Shown one piece after another: positions 32,305 to 51,065 of a stretch of DNA of 64,000 nucleotides (position 1 is the stretch's first letter; the number at the start of each line of letters is the position of its first letter). The position numbers were made by a program, and so were the translations under genes. Location: NCBI RefSeq assembly GCF_009914755.1, contig NC_060929.1; one strand, given 5' to 3'. The stretch comes from the human T2T-CHM13v2.0 reference genome, Homo sapiens. The notes under the pieces are model-generated. The model saw only the letters and a list, made by a program, of their open reading frames with translations. It did not search any database and was not told the origin of the DNA.

Positions 32305-35300
32305 CAAATCAAAGTATTCTTTCCATGGTTAACTCTGGAAGCTTACTGAAGAGAAAATTGACCCTAGGACTCAAAAACTTCATAGCATATAGTATGCTAA
32401 TTGGCAACCAGGCAGGATAAGTAAAGATAATATTTTATGGAATCCAAAAGCCCCAGTGGAGATAAATGCTCTGCGAAAATTCCCTTAAATGGAAAGCTCA
32501 TCCATCACATGCAGAGAATTAATTCTGATTGCTAGAAAGCACTGCCAAGAGATGTTGTGTGATTTGGTTTTCCTAAGCCGTGGGCACCAAGCCAGGTGGT
32601 CAGCTGAAGCCTTCCTCCATTACTGACAATCATATGGAGCAGGGAATGTGTTCTTTTCAGTTCCTGAGAATTTATTTGACAGAGCATTTTTATGGCATTA
32701 TTGGGAAGCAGAAGCCAAACCCTGGATGACATCCAAAAACATGTTTTCGGTCTGTTCAAACACTATCTGAAGGAAGGAAGCTGTAATGTGTAGAGAAGCA
32801 GTAAACAGGCAAATGCCGAACTGGTTCCAACCCAGCACTTCAGCACAGAACTACAGAGCCACGCCATGCTGCAAGGGGCAGGAAGGCAACCGGGCACCAA
32901 TAGGAATCAAAAGAAAAAAATAAGGGTGCCCTGATAAACACAACAGAATATAAAACAATTTCATTCTAACACCCATCTGCAATGTCCAAAGAAGTGTGTG
33001 TGAATGGAGAAGGTTCTACATGTAATATACGAAAGTCCAAGGGGTTACTTCCCTATCTACCATGTGTGGCTGTCTCCTCTTCATTAAACCAAATCTTCTC
33101 TCAAAAAACAACTTCTCCTAAGATTTTACTTGACCATCAAAAATCCTCTCCACAAAGGCAAAAGGTCTGCAAATCCAGTGGAGGACCTGGCTTGTTCTAG
33201 GCTCTTTCTGTGACATAACTGAGAGATCCTTATTTACATATTGGTTGCACGTAACAATTTATTTGGTCCAGTGTGTTATTCTGTCTTCTGCACACCTAGG
33301 AGTTCCTTGCAGTATAGTCTCATGAGCTTAAAGGAGAAAATCCAATCTCTTGCTGGGGGAGAGGAAGATGGCAGCTCCCATATCAGAATCTCTTTCAACT
33401 CCCCTTTCAGAGGTCCAGACAGTCAATTGATTAGTTATCTATATGGGAGTTCAGAGCACAATATTTCAGCTACACTCAAACTCTCCCAAGAGCGAAGCAA
33501 ACCACTGCTGCACAGAAGGCGATAGATGCTCTTTCTCTCCTCACCTCAACAGTGTTGAGATAATATCCCGTTGAACAGAAGGGAGGTTCTGTCCAGTCAG
33601 TCTGGTCTGAGCAAAATGAACTCATATCCTCATGTGCCCACATATGTGTGCAATACCTCCTGCTGCAGTACTTAAAAATTCAGAAAAATGGGCCACTCTA
33701 CCCCTCCACCTTATACACCAGAGAGCCTATGGGAAGCTTCATGATCAGAACGCAATCACAGAACATGCTGGTGGCAAAGCAGGAGTTCAGAATTTCTAGC
33801 CTGTGCCTCGGCCAGTACACAGCAGGTTTTAATCACGGTCAAGTAACACTTGTGCCACCTTAGGGTTTATTCCTGGAGATGCCCAAAGAACAAATGGATA
33901 GTGGAAAATCTGCTCCCTCCCCACAGAAGCCATCTGAAAAGCAGTCAGCTGCCCATGCTGCTGAAGCCAAGAGCCTACAGACACGCATTATGTGTGCTAG
34001 GGGCCTGGCTTTGCCATCTGGCTTGGCCCTTCAGGACTCGGGCTGCAGAACTGGCCCGTGTCACTGACAGTTTTAAGAGTCTATTTATTTTGGTGTTGAT
34101 TAGTGAAGAGTGCAAATCTCTGACTAAACCCACAAAGGGATGTTGTTTGTAAAAAAGAATAAACAAGTCAGAAAGGGTTTCAGTGCCTCCCTCTGTTTAA
34201 ATTATAATTCCAAAGAAAGCCCAAATGGAAAAGGAAGGAAAATATGAAGAAAGCTGAGGGAAAGGAATCTCTCAAAAGGTGATATGATTAAGGAAACGCA
34301 AACAAAAGATAATGACCAGAGAGCAACAGCTTATGCTCAAAGTGATTCCTGAAATGACAAACCTCGTAAATCAAGCAACCAGAAAATCCTCTAACTCCAC
34401 TGGTCATATTCCACTTAGCTCCAAACTTATTTCCTTATTTCCTCATTTGCAATTTCCTGGCAGGTAAAAGATATAAAATCTGGAATTGTTTCTTTAAAAT
34501 AGCTGCAATGTTTGCAGAATGAGGCCTCCGCACTCCCCTTCCCTCCTGGGAAAATGTCTCTTGGATTTGGCTAGGCTTAGGAAGGACACCTGGCTTTAGC
34601 AAACCCATGAAAGTCACCCCAGGGCTCTGCTGTGCTTTAGTGAGGCCATCTTGCTTGTCCCTATGGAGCTAATGCATCCTTTGTTTCTCCCCCTAAAGGA
34701 GCACAGAAATAAAGACACTGTTTTCTCTTAGGAGGCACCCATGGTCTCAAGGCTACATGGTCCTCTGACAGCTCCCTCCTCCTGTGCCTTTGCCAGGGGA
34801 TCCTAGGAGCGCCCACCTTGAGACATGCACTTTCCCCAATCCCTGCACCCTGTAAACATTTCTTCCAGCTCTGCACTCTCCTGTGCCCCACTTCTGAACC
34901 TCAAAGTCCAGGGAGAGGCGACCACTGGCAGGAGTCCACTGAGAGGCCAGCAGGCGAGGAGCAGGCAGGACAGTGAGGGCGAGGAGGACAAGAAGCAGGA
35001 AAGGGAGGGCATGCTCAGGCAGAGCGCCTGCACCACCATGCCCTCTTCTGCCTGCAGCATGCATCTTTCCTGCTCACCTTCTTGAAGCAAACTTGAAGCA
35101 AAAGTCAAAAATTACCCACGATGCTCCAGCACAGCCTCCTTCCTATATTTCCTGTCCAAGGTTCCGCCTCAGGGGTGAGTGAAAAGCCGTGAAAATGTCT
35201 TGTCCATTTATCAGTGTGATTAAGAAAAATGTGGTTTGGATCCCTTAAGAATGAAACCTTGGAGTCATCTTTCATTGCTTCTATTCTGTGCCAAGGTTTA

Positions 35301-36036
35301 TGGAGTTCTGGTGGAGTGGCCCCCTTGGTACCCAAGGTAAGGACATTCCCAGTTGAGGACCAGAGTTACTTTTCTTAACTATTTTCCCAGAAGAGTGTTT
35401 TCCTTTAAGGCCTATCACTTTCTTACTCTTTAATCTTTTCAATTTCTTAAAAAAGAAGTAAAGGCATTAGAAATGACATGGCAATTTCAAGCAGTTTAAT
35501 TAAGATGGTGAGCTCTTTCACGAACTGTGTAAAAGTGCTTCTCACATTTGATCATTTAATTGTCCAACACTGAGTGCTTCTTTAGCCCAGAGACAGACAA
35601 GGCAATCTAATGGAGAAGTCAGACCTCAGAACCACTTATCACAATTAAAATATGTATTAGGAATAACAAAGGTATAATGAATATTTTGTATAGAATAAAG
35701 TCAATTTGTAAGAATATGGAAAATTAGTAATATTAAGTTTTCTATTTGAACTAAATGCAGTACACAAATTCTATTAGAAAAGCTGGAGAATTTTTAAATT
35801 AATATTTTTAATCTTGAGGTTTTAAACAAGGGAAAAATAAATATAAAATCTATTTTCTCATATGCATAACATGCCTCCAAGCGATATCAAGAAACCAATA
35901 AACAGGAGCTGCCTATGGGAAGGAGGGTGGGGAGACAGGCTGAAAAGATCCTCATCTACATGTTTATATTTTTTACATCTTTTATATTTGAAGGTTTTGA
36001 ATGTATTTCCTGGAGATGATTTTAAAAACAGGCTAC

Positions 36037-36363
36037 TTTTTTTTTTTTTTTTTTTTTTTTGAGACAGAGTCTCACTCTGTCACCTGGACTGGAGTGCAGT
36101 GGCACCATCCTGGCTCACTGCAAACTCTGCCTCCCCAGGCTCAAGCAATTTCCCGCCATCTACCCCCCTGCCCCCGGGTCTCAACCTCAGTCTCCTGTGT
36201 AGCTGGGACTACAGGCGCTTACCACCACACTTGGTTAATTTTTTAACTTTTTATAGAGATGGAATTTCACCGAGGCTGCTCTCGAACTCCTGGACTCCAG
36301 TGATCCACCCACCTAGGCCTCCCAAATTGCTGGGATTACAGGCATGAGCCACTGCGCCCAGCC
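36037..36363 (-). mobile_element. Alu (J-like) with T24 tail and a short C-rich internal insertion
   Basis: Reverse Alu; extra C-rich bases near 36150-36185. Confidence 0.9.
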
Positions 36364-36751
36364 AAGCTTATTTCTTTTAAAGAAAAAGAGAGAATATGTA
36401 CAATTAATTCTAATTGGAATTACATGCATCCAAAGAATGCCACATGGCACTTGACTGTATTTCCTTAAAATACGCCCATTTAGAACACTGTTAGATTCGA
36501 AATGTTCTTTAGTGTATAATAGCCTCAATGTCACCTTACTATAAAAACTGACACAAAAAAAGTTCAAGTTTTAACACTTTTTAATGGGTGGGCAGCATTA
36601 AACCCAGGGAGACCCAGCCTCCCTCCTCTAGCTCTTGGCCTGCCTCTGGCACCCTCATTCACTCAGCTACCATCTCATTCTTACAACAAGCTCGTTCCAG
36701 CCTCAAGAGCTTTGCTTCTGTTGCTCCTTCCTCCACGTTAAACTTTGCTAG

Positions 36752-37273
<522 letters not shown>

Positions 37274-37805
37274 TAAGCACCAAGAGATTCCCAGAGTACA
37301 GTGGCGTAACTTGCTGCTCAGTAAACATTTGTTGAATGAAAGAATGAATGAATATATCACACTTAATGGTGATCGACTGAAAGCTTCCCCTCTAAGATTG
37401 GAAACAAGACAAGTATGTCCACTCATGCCACTTCTACTCAATATTGCACTGGAGGTCCTATCCAGGGTAATTAGGCAAGAAAATGAAATAAAAGGTATCT
37501 AGATTAGAAAGGAGGAAGTAAAACTTCTACTTGCAGATGACATGATCTTGCACTAAAAAACTCTAAAGATTATACACACACACACAATTAGGGCTAACAA
37601 GTTCATTAAGGTTGCAAAATGATCAATGTACATATATCAGTTGCATTTCTATGTAACAGCAATGAACTACTGAAAATAAAATTAAGAAAGGAAGTCCATT
37701 TACAATACCACTGAAAATAGTAAAACAGGAATAAATTTAACCAAAGCACAATGCTTACACACTAAAAATTATAAAATATTGTTGAAAGAAATTAAAGAAG
37801 ACCTA

Positions 37806-38103
<298 letters not shown>

Positions 38104-39219
38104 CCCTCTAAATAAACAGAAAGACATCTCATATTCTTAAATTGGAAGAGTTATATTGTTGAGGTAGTAATACTCTCCAAATAGTTTTACAGATCACTGA
38201 AATCCCTGTCTACCAAAATTCCACTTCCCTTTTTTTTAATAGAAATGTACAAGTTGATCCTAAAATTTATGTGGAAATGCAAGGGGCCGAGAATAGCCAA
38301 ACTATCTCGAAAAAGAATAACAAAATTGGAAGACTTGCATTTTCTAATTCTGAAACCTTTGTAATACAAAGCTACAGCAATCAAGACAGTGAGGCACTGG
38401 CATAAGGATAGGCATATAGATCAATGGAATAGAATTGTAAGTCATACGTCTATGGTCAATTGAGTCTTGACAAGGGTGCAAAGGGTGCAATGAGGAAAGA
38501 ACACTCTTTTCAACAAATAGCACTGAAATATTTGGACACCTACATGCATCCACATACCTCAAATTGTACATAAAAATGAACTCCAAATGGATCAAAGACC
38601 TAAATGTAAAAACTGAAAACTATAAAATACTATAAAACATAGAGGTAAATCTTCATAATCTTGGATTAGAAAATGGTTTCTTAGACATGGTACCAACAAT
38701 ATAAGCAACCAAAGAAAAATAGGTAAGTTGTACATAAAAATTTGTAACTTTTGTTTACATCAAAGGACACTATCAGGAAAGTAAAAAGCAATCCACAGAA
38801 TGGGAGAAAATATTTGCAAATAATCTATCTAGTAAGGGTTTATTTAATAGTATCCAGAATACATAAAGAAATCTTACAACTCAAGAATGAGAAGATAAAT
38901 TACCCAATTTTAAAACAGGCAAAGGATCTGAGTAAACATTTCTCCAAAGAAGACATAAAAATGATCAATAAGACATTAAAAGATGTTCAACATCATTAGT
39001 CATTAGGGAAATGAAAATCAAAACTACAATTAAATACCACTTCCTACTCACTAGGATGACTTGAAGGCTATAATCAAAAAGATAATGACAAGTGTTGGCA
39101 AGGATGTGGAGACGCTAAAACCCACATACGTTGCTAGTGGAAATATAACGTGGTATAGCTGCTGTGGAAAACAATTTCCAATTCCTCAAAGAGTTAAACA
39201 TAGAGTTACCACATGATAC

Positions 39220-39526
39220 TAAGACAGCCAGGTGGGAGGGGGTCCCTGGCAAAACTCCAGCTGGACTGTGCACTGGGGTGGAGCCACGGAGGTGGCGCCT
39301 GGCCTCTCCTCTTCCTATGGCACCTGGGATTCAAACGGGCAATGAGGGAAGCACTGTAGCAGGGACTCTGACCTTTCAGTGGGTCCCTGTTTCCCCCTTT
39401 TTTCCTTTTCACCCAATAAAACCCTGCTTTACTCACCCTTCAAACCATCTGCGAGCCTGAATTTTCATGGCCGTGGGACAGACAAGGACCTCATCGTTAG
39501 CTGAACTAAGGAGAAGTCCTGCAACA
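39220..39526 (+). mobile_element. MER61-like ERV1 solo LTR nested in L1MB
   Basis: t(a)agacagccaggtgggagggggtccctgg ... aagtcctgcaaca. Perfect 4-bp TSD atac at 39216-39219 and 39527-39530. Confidence 0.8.
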
Positions 39527-40476
39527 ATACGGCGTTTCACTCCTACATATTAACCCAAAAGAACTTAAAAAATATGCTCATACAAAAACTTGTACATGGA
39601 TGTTCACAGCAGCATTATTCATAATAGCCAAAAAGTGCAAACAACCTAATGTCCATGAATTGATGAATGTATGAACAAAATGTGGCATGTCCATACCATG
39701 GAATATTATTGAGCCATAAAAGGGAACAATACATGCTACAACATAGATGAAAGGACATCTATTGTATTCCATTTATATGAAATGTCCAAAATAGGTAAAG
39801 TCACATAGATAATAAGAAGACTGGTGGTTTCCAAGGGCTGGTGGAATGAGGAAATGAACAGTGACTGCTAATAGTTGAGTGGTTTCTTTCTGAGGTGATG
39901 AAAATATTGGTTACACAACCTTGTGAATGTACAAAAAACCATTGAATTGGATACTTTAAAATGGTAAATTATATAGGATGTGAACTATAACTTAATATTG
40001 CCAGTGGGAATGTAAATTGGTACAATCCCTTAAGATGCAATTTTGCAATATTTATCAAAATTACAAATGCATCTACCCTTAAACCCAGAAAATTCCATTT
40101 CTAGGAACTTATCCTTCATATACGTTCCAATATGTACAAAATGACATATGTGCAAAGTATTCACTTCACCATTCTTTGATATATCAAAAGGCTGGAAACA
40201 ACCTACATGTTCATCAGTATGCAACTGGCTAAATAAACTACAATGTATCCATTTAACAAAATATTATGCAGCCCTAAAAGCTGTGAGGATAATCTTTAGT
40301 CAACAAAATGGAATGATTGCAAATGTTAAGTAAAAACAAACAAACAAAATAGGAGCTGCAGATCAGTGTGAAGAGTATGTTACCATTCATACAGAAAAAA
40401 GGGAGAAATGATATATAAAAATATATAATTCAGAGCATTATTTGTCTACAAACATAGGAACTGAATGTCTAAGGAA

Positions 40477-40511
<35 letters not shown>

Positions 40512-40515
40512 TGTG
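40477..40515. repeat. Interrupted (GT)n microsatellite
   Basis: Read directly from the sequence. Confidence 0.95.
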
Positions 40516-41614
40516 TTTTGGTAGATTTTCACTGTAAGCCCTTTTGCAGCTTTTAAGTTTTTAAGCCATGTGAATGTATTTTCTATTTTAAAAATAAAAT
40601 ACAGATTTTTTTAAAGATTTCACAAATAATGAATGAATGAGTCATAGGGCTGTGGGAAGGCCCCTAGCCTGAGTGTAGAGAGACTTGAATTTCTAGTTCT
40701 TGAATTTACCAGTAACTACTTACCCCATCTGCTAATTAGTCTCCTCCATTGCCTCCAACCTGTACCCAGTCCCTACACATATTTCACCATAGCATGCACA
40801 TTTAAAATAGTTCATTTGTGAGGGCTGTGAACAATTAAATGTCTCACTATAAAAGGCTGAATTAAGTAAGTTCCTAGCAGCAGAACAAGTAGTACACGCA
40901 ATTTGTAAGATACACTGTGTTGGGCAAGATTAATCTTTCTACCAGTAGATGGGGTTAGTATGATAGGTATGATAATGTGCATTTGCCAAGTTAGAAACTC
41001 GCCCTAATGGACACAAGAGCCTTAGAGTTAAATTAATTTAGAGCTAGACAAAGTCTAGAGTTCAGCCCAACTCCTCTGTTTCACAGATGTGGAAATGATG
41101 GCCAGCGAGGTCACAGTCTGACCAGCCAAGACCAAAACCTACATCTCAGTTCCTAACCAGTCCTCTTTACTCAATAAATAATTTCTGAAACCAAAAAAAC
41201 TAAAACTCAGGATTTCATGAGAGTATAAAGTCCAGTCAGTCTAGGCTTGTTTATCAACTTGTGCTTTTCTTTTCTAAAGTTAAATAATTATGGGAAAGGG
41301 GTCTGTAAATATTAACTTAAAGCATGACTGCCAAGTTCATAGATATGACTCTTAACAACTTCCTTCAAGTAACTCATTTTGAGACAGTCAAAAAATTCCT
41401 TCATTTTATTGTCTAAAATTATGCATAACAAATGACTCAGAAATAAAATCTATTTTTATTTTACACGGAATATAGGCAATTCCTAACTCAGAAATATGAT
41501 GGGTTGATTCTTTACCTTGAGATGTTTAGGAATGACCCAAATGTCCAAAAGTAATACAGGGATTATTTAGTATGTATGAAGCAGTCCTTGGGACGTTATT
41601 TTTAATAATTTTGA

Positions 41615-41835
41615 GTAGGCAATATGGCTTAGTGGTTATAGGCATCAACCCTAGGGCCACGTGCCCTGGGTCAAATCCTGGTCCAACATATACTAGCCCT
41701 GTAACCTTGGGCAAGTTTCTTAACCTCTTCCAGCATCAGTTTCCTTGTTACAGAACAGAGATGATAGAGTTGTTGTGAGAATCAAATGAGTTAACACTTG
41801 TAAGTGCTCAGAACAATACCAGCATATAGTATCTG
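41615..41835 (+). mobile_element. MIR SINE
   Basis: tgggtcaaatcctgg...taaccttgggcaagtttcttaacctc...gttgtgagaatcaaatgagttaa...aagtgctcagaaca. Confidence 0.75.
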
Positions 41836-42118
41836 ACGGAGACTCCTGAGCCTTCCCTGAAATTTCTACTTCATTAAAAGTGGACACTTGCTCACCCTGG
41901 GTAACATCTACTTGGGTCTCATGAACTCTAAGAGAATAAAGTGGGTGAGAAAACTGGAGGAAAAAAAATGTTTGGGGAAGCAAGGCTGCTTTAGAATCAG
42001 CTACACTGAGAGGCCTCTAAACCTTTCAGAGTGCCCAGCTTCTCTACTCATCCTTTACTTCATAACCATGGGGTACTCTAAATACTAAAGTTTGTTCTCC
42101 AAGACATAATTTTGGTGA

Positions 42119-42470
<352 letters not shown>

Positions 42471-43619
42471 CAGGAATGGGTTTCTGAAGTTGGTATTTGC
42501 TTTCCTGTCCAACTCTGTTGGAAGGGAGGAAGTTGGAGAAATGAATGGCCCTTCCATTCTTTTGCAATCTGAGTTCAGTTCTCTTACTTCAAAGCAAATG
42601 CAGAACCCTTTGGGCAAACCTCACCTTTCCCTTCTTCTTCTTCTTTACTGGCACATCCCTTTACTCCCACAAAGTGTCCAGGGTGAGATTTACACAATGT
42701 AGGGGATTCCTAATTACACGTAGCAGCCAAGGTCAGAACCGCCAAAAGTACTAAGGTGGATGGTGAAGGGAAGCATCCTTTACTCCCATTTCTAACCTTG
42801 GCTACAGCTATTTCTCACCCTTAGCAACACCCAATCTTTCCTCTTTATAAAAGCCTTCAGACCACTGCGCATATCTTTATCACAAGTAAGCCCTCCCTTC
42901 TCTTGATCTTAGGACCACGTGAGGCTAGGGTTGATCTGACAGGTTATGCGAACACACACTTGGGAGGGCAACATTCAAATATATATCCCCTGTCAGTAGC
43001 ACAGTAAGCTCAAAATATTTTTGTTGAGTAAACAGCATATGTACTCTGTGAAGGCATGCAGGTGGTATCCAACAGTTCCCATTTACTGTATTTAATATGG
43101 TCATAATAACTTCAGGGTCTTAGAAATATGACAATCGTATTCAGATTGAGGGGAAAAAAGGCCAATTTCATAAGCCCGGGACGACCAGTGGATGCAGGAA
43201 AAGCACAACGGACACTGCCTTGACCACTTTCTAGCTGTGCGATTCTTATGCCAACGAGCCTTTACAGGCTTCCTGCCTCGTCTGTAAAACGGGGTAAAAA
43301 CAACTACCTCATGCACTGTTTCAATAATTCACTTTAAAAACAACAAAGTGCTATGCAAATGTTCTTGATATTCTTAGCCATCTAACATCTATGCACGCTC
43401 TACATTTATATTTCCTTCGTTAACTGTGGAGCCGTTCCTAAAGGGAAGCTTTTAAAGCGATAATGAAGATGCTCAGAAGAGTTCAATACAAGGTTACATG
43501 TGAAAGGAATGTCAGCAGCCTAAGAAAAATCAACCTAGCATCAGGTTTCATTCCAGGGGTGTTGAGAACCTGGAAAAAAATAATCTTTGGTGGGACACTC
43601 GTAACCTATCACCGCTGGG

Positions 43620-44650
<1,031 letters not shown>

Positions 44651-45230
44651 GGCAATTAAATTTGCACCGTGGTTTCCTAAAAAAAAAAGATGTGTTCTTT
44701 AATAACGCTTCACAATTTACAAAGCATCTTCACAGCCCGCGTCTCCTGTAAAGCCTGCAACAACTCTGACAGTTAGACATTATAATTAGTGCCAATTTTT
44801 CATAAGAAAAAAGCTTATAAATGGTTAAACCTCTGACTCAGATCCTGAACCATGATGTCTAGCTAGCAAGTCATTTCTAGCACAAGAGCCCAGCCTGTGG
44901 CAGGTGGGAGGACGGTGAAAAGGCAGAGGTCTAAATAGCCTTTCACATTCATTTATGCGTAGTGTACACCCATGAAGCCGCTTCCTCCCCACTAGCAAAC
45001 AGGAGGCCAAACACACAGTCTGATTGCACGGTGCCCTTTGGAAGGTGCGGTTACTTTCAAGTTGCCCTGGGAGGATTTGGAGTGTTGCGTGGTCATTGAA
45101 TAAATAGCTCATTCGCTTGTCCGGATATGACCCCACTCAGAGCTGGCTCCCCCACTAAGCAGTGACACTAAGAAGCACACAGTATCTAGTTAGCCTGAAA
45201 TATCTGTGAGTGGAAGGAAAAAATCCTTTA

Positions 45231-45240
45231 GTCACGTGCT
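45231..45240. promoter_or_regulatory. CLEAR-like E-box GTCACGTGCT
   Basis: 8/10 match to GTCACGTGAC, about 865 bp upstream of the ATG of a lysosomal hydrolase gene. Confidence 0.45.
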
Positions 45241-46199
45241 TATTGAATTAGGAAGTTAGCCGTATGACCAGTAGATTCCCGTTGCCATCCAGACTTTCTG
45301 TCTACTCTGTCTGGAGATATTATAGTTGTTAACAGGTGTAGGGGAAAATTTTTGCATTGCCTAGAGACCATACCCTTCCAGGTTGAGTCTGATTCCGTGG
45401 AAGTTGTTTACAACTTTATAAGTTATAGATAAATAACAATGGAAAATAATTCTTATTTATATATACACAAATGAACTTTATCCAGCGGAGTAGCAATCCT
45501 TCCCCTCCACCACTACCAAGGAAAACAGTTTCACCTCCGCTTGCACATTTATTTTAGTATTCCTGATCTGTTCTTTGGATTGTCCTTTGAATTGGTTTTA
45601 ACACCTTACCAATTTCCTTATTAATGAGTTAAATAAAATCATGTATTCACTTTTATATTTGTATGAGGGTCATGATTTTACCTTTTTTTCCCCAAGAATC
45701 CTTTAACACATGAAATGTTTGCCTCTTACATACACTTTTTTTCTTTGCATGAAGTAGATTAGTTTATGTTGTATGCACTTTAATCTCTAGTGGAATCAAT
45801 GAAATTTAGCAGAAAAAAGTGAAAATTTTAGCATTAAATTCAAAGAATAACTTTTGAGAGAACTGTTTGACTCATTATGTCAAGGGTTGAACTTTTCATT
45901 TAAACACCCTGTAGAAGACCTTGAAGGACTGAGAATTTCCGCTGTGGTTTTGTGTCTTTCTCCCCCATAATCCTTCCTATTCTCCTTGATAAAAATTAAG
46001 AAGAAATAATTGATGGGTGCTAATCTGCAGGAACAATTCCTCCTTTAACCAACTTCCCCTGAAACTAGCTAAACTTGCACAGATTCTTACGTCCTATGTT
46101 TTTAAAATAAAAGCATATGTTAATAGTGCTCTGGAAATGTGCAAATTGAAGAGTTAATTCTATTTTCCATCTATGTATTGAACACATAATGTGCAGTAC

Positions 46200-47460
<1,261 letters not shown>

Positions 47461-47488
47461 TTTTCATCACTAGCAACTGAGTAGTATA

Positions 47489-48785
47489 GTGAAAACAGTT
47501 TGGCAATTTCTTACAAAACTAGACCTATTCTTAGCCTACAATCCAGCAGTCACACTCCTTGGTATCTATCTGAAGGAGGTGAAAACTTATATCCACACAA
47601 GAACCTGCACACATGTTTATAGTAGCTTTATTCATAGTTTCAAAAACTTGGAAGCAATGAAGATATCCTTCGGTAGGTGAAAGGATAAACGGTGGTACAT
47701 CCAGACAATGGAATAGTATTCAGTGGTAAAAAGATAGGAGCTATCAAGCCATGAAAATACATGGTGGAACTTTAAATGCATATTATGAAGTGAAAGAAGC
47801 CAATCTGAAATAGCTACATACTATATAATTCCAGCTATGACATTTTGAAAAAGGCAAAACTATGGAGACAGTAAAAAAGATCAGTGGTTGCTAGGTTTGG
47901 GAAGTGGGGATAAGTAGACGTAGCATGGGGGATTTTTTTAGGGCAGCAGTCACCAACCTTTCTGGCACCAGGAACTGGTTTTGTGGAAAGCAGTTTTTCC
48001 ACTGACCGGGCAGCAGGGGTGTGGGGATGGTTTCAGGATGATTCAAGCACATTACATTTATTGTGCACTTTATTTCTATGATTATTACATTATAATATAT
48101 AATGAAATAATTATACAACTCACCATAATGTAGAATCAGTGGGAGCTCTGAGTTTGTTTTCCTGCAACTAGATAGTCCCATCTGAGGGTGATGGGAGACA
48201 GTGACAGATCGTCAGGCATCAGATTCTCGTAAGGAGCACGCAGCCTAGATCCCTCACACACGCAGTTCATGATAGGGTTTGTGCTCCTAGGAGAATCTAA
48301 TGCCTCTGCTGACCTGGCAGGAGGCGGAGCTCAGGCGGTAATGCAAGTGATGGGGAGCAGCTGTAAGTATAGATGAAGCTCTGCTCGCTCGCCCACTGTT
48401 CACCTCCTGCTGTGCGGCCCAATTCCGAATGGGCCACGGACAGTACCATCCATGGCCCGGGGGTTGGGGACCCCTGTTTTAGACCAGTGTCACCCCTGTT
48501 TTAGACCAGTGATACTACAATGGTGGATACATGTCATTATACATTCATCCAAACCCATAGAATGTACAACACCAAGAATAAACCCAAAACTAAATTGAAC
48601 TTTACATGATTATGTTGTCAATGTAGGTTCACCAGCTGTACAGATGTACCACTCTGGTGGGGATGTTGATAATGGGGGATGTAAGCATGTGTGGGGACAA
48701 GGGTTATATGGGAAATCTCTGTACCTTCTTCTCAATTTTGCTATGAATCTAAAACTGCTCTAAAAGAACTAAGTCTTTTTTAAAA
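47489..48785 (+). mobile_element. L1MC-type 3' fragment interrupted by MER1A
   Basis: tacaatccagcagtcacactccttggtat...gaatgtacaacaccaag...ggaaatctctgtacc...ctaaaactgctctaaaa. Confidence 0.8.
47944..48476 (+). mobile_element. MER1A hAT-Charlie MITE
   Basis: TIRs cagcagtcaccaacc and ggttggggacccctg; 8-bp flanks ttttaggg/ttttagac. Confidence 0.88.
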
Positions 48786-48799
48786 AGCACTGTACTTTT

Positions 48800-50240
<1,441 letters not shown>

Positions 50241-50279
50241 TTCCAGCCAGTTAGAAGGTGCAAAAATTGGGACAGAAAT

Positions 50280-51065
50280 AAAAGCAGCTCCTGAAGTCAG
50301 TAAGAAAAAGACCAACAAACCAATTTTTAAATGGGTAAAGTATAGGAACATAATTGTTTACAGAAGAGGAAATACAAGTGGCCATTAAGTATATGAACAG
50401 ATGCTCAATCTCACTCAAAAAGAGAAATTCAAACAGAAACATCAATAATATACCAGTGATAACCCAATGCTTTGGGGAGAGTGTAAAGAAACAAGCCCTC
50501 TTATACATTCATCAAAGAAATGAAATTTGGCATAACCTCTAAGGGGAACAACTTTGCACATCCATCAAAATGCACATACACTTTAATTCAGCAATCCCAG
50601 TTCTAGGAATTTATCCTATAGAGATACTCAATGTGAGAAATATACAACAAGATAATAATTTTAGCCTTATTTGTAATAGAAAAAGGCCAATAATAGGGTC
50701 TGGTTAAATTAATTATGGAATGCTAAGCAATCATTAAAAAGGATGATATGGATAATCTCCAATATACTGTTAATTTCTAAAAGTTAGGCAAAGGACACTA
50801 TGGTTGGTATGCTCTCGTTTGCTTAAACATAGATGTGTGTATATATATATGCATGTATATAGATATATAGAGAGAGAGGTGCATGCATGTTTATACAGTA
50901 TTTCAAGAATGTACGGAAGAAATAATAACATTAGTTGTCTCTGGATAGACTGGTTAACTGGGGACAGGGATGGGAAAGAGAATAACTTTTCACCATATAC
51001 CCTTTTATATCTTCTAAATGTTAAACTCTGTGCATATATCATCTATTTCAAATAATAATAATAAT
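50280..51065 (+). mobile_element. L1ME-type 3' fragment (approximate)
   Basis: tttacagaagaggaaatacaagtggcc...cagcaatcccagttctaggaatttatcct. Confidence 0.65.

Noticed and set aside
34750-35110. GC-rich patch with overlapping ~100-aa ORFs and CTCF-like words
   Set aside because: No recognisable protein, weak motif matches and no clear splice sites. It may be an enhancer, but sequence alone cannot support that.
44745-45055. Candidate upstream non-coding ARSB exon (minus-strand donor AAA|GTAACC near 45054, acceptor TTTACAG near 44746)
   Set aside because: Such motifs occur by chance; this cannot be supported without transcript data.
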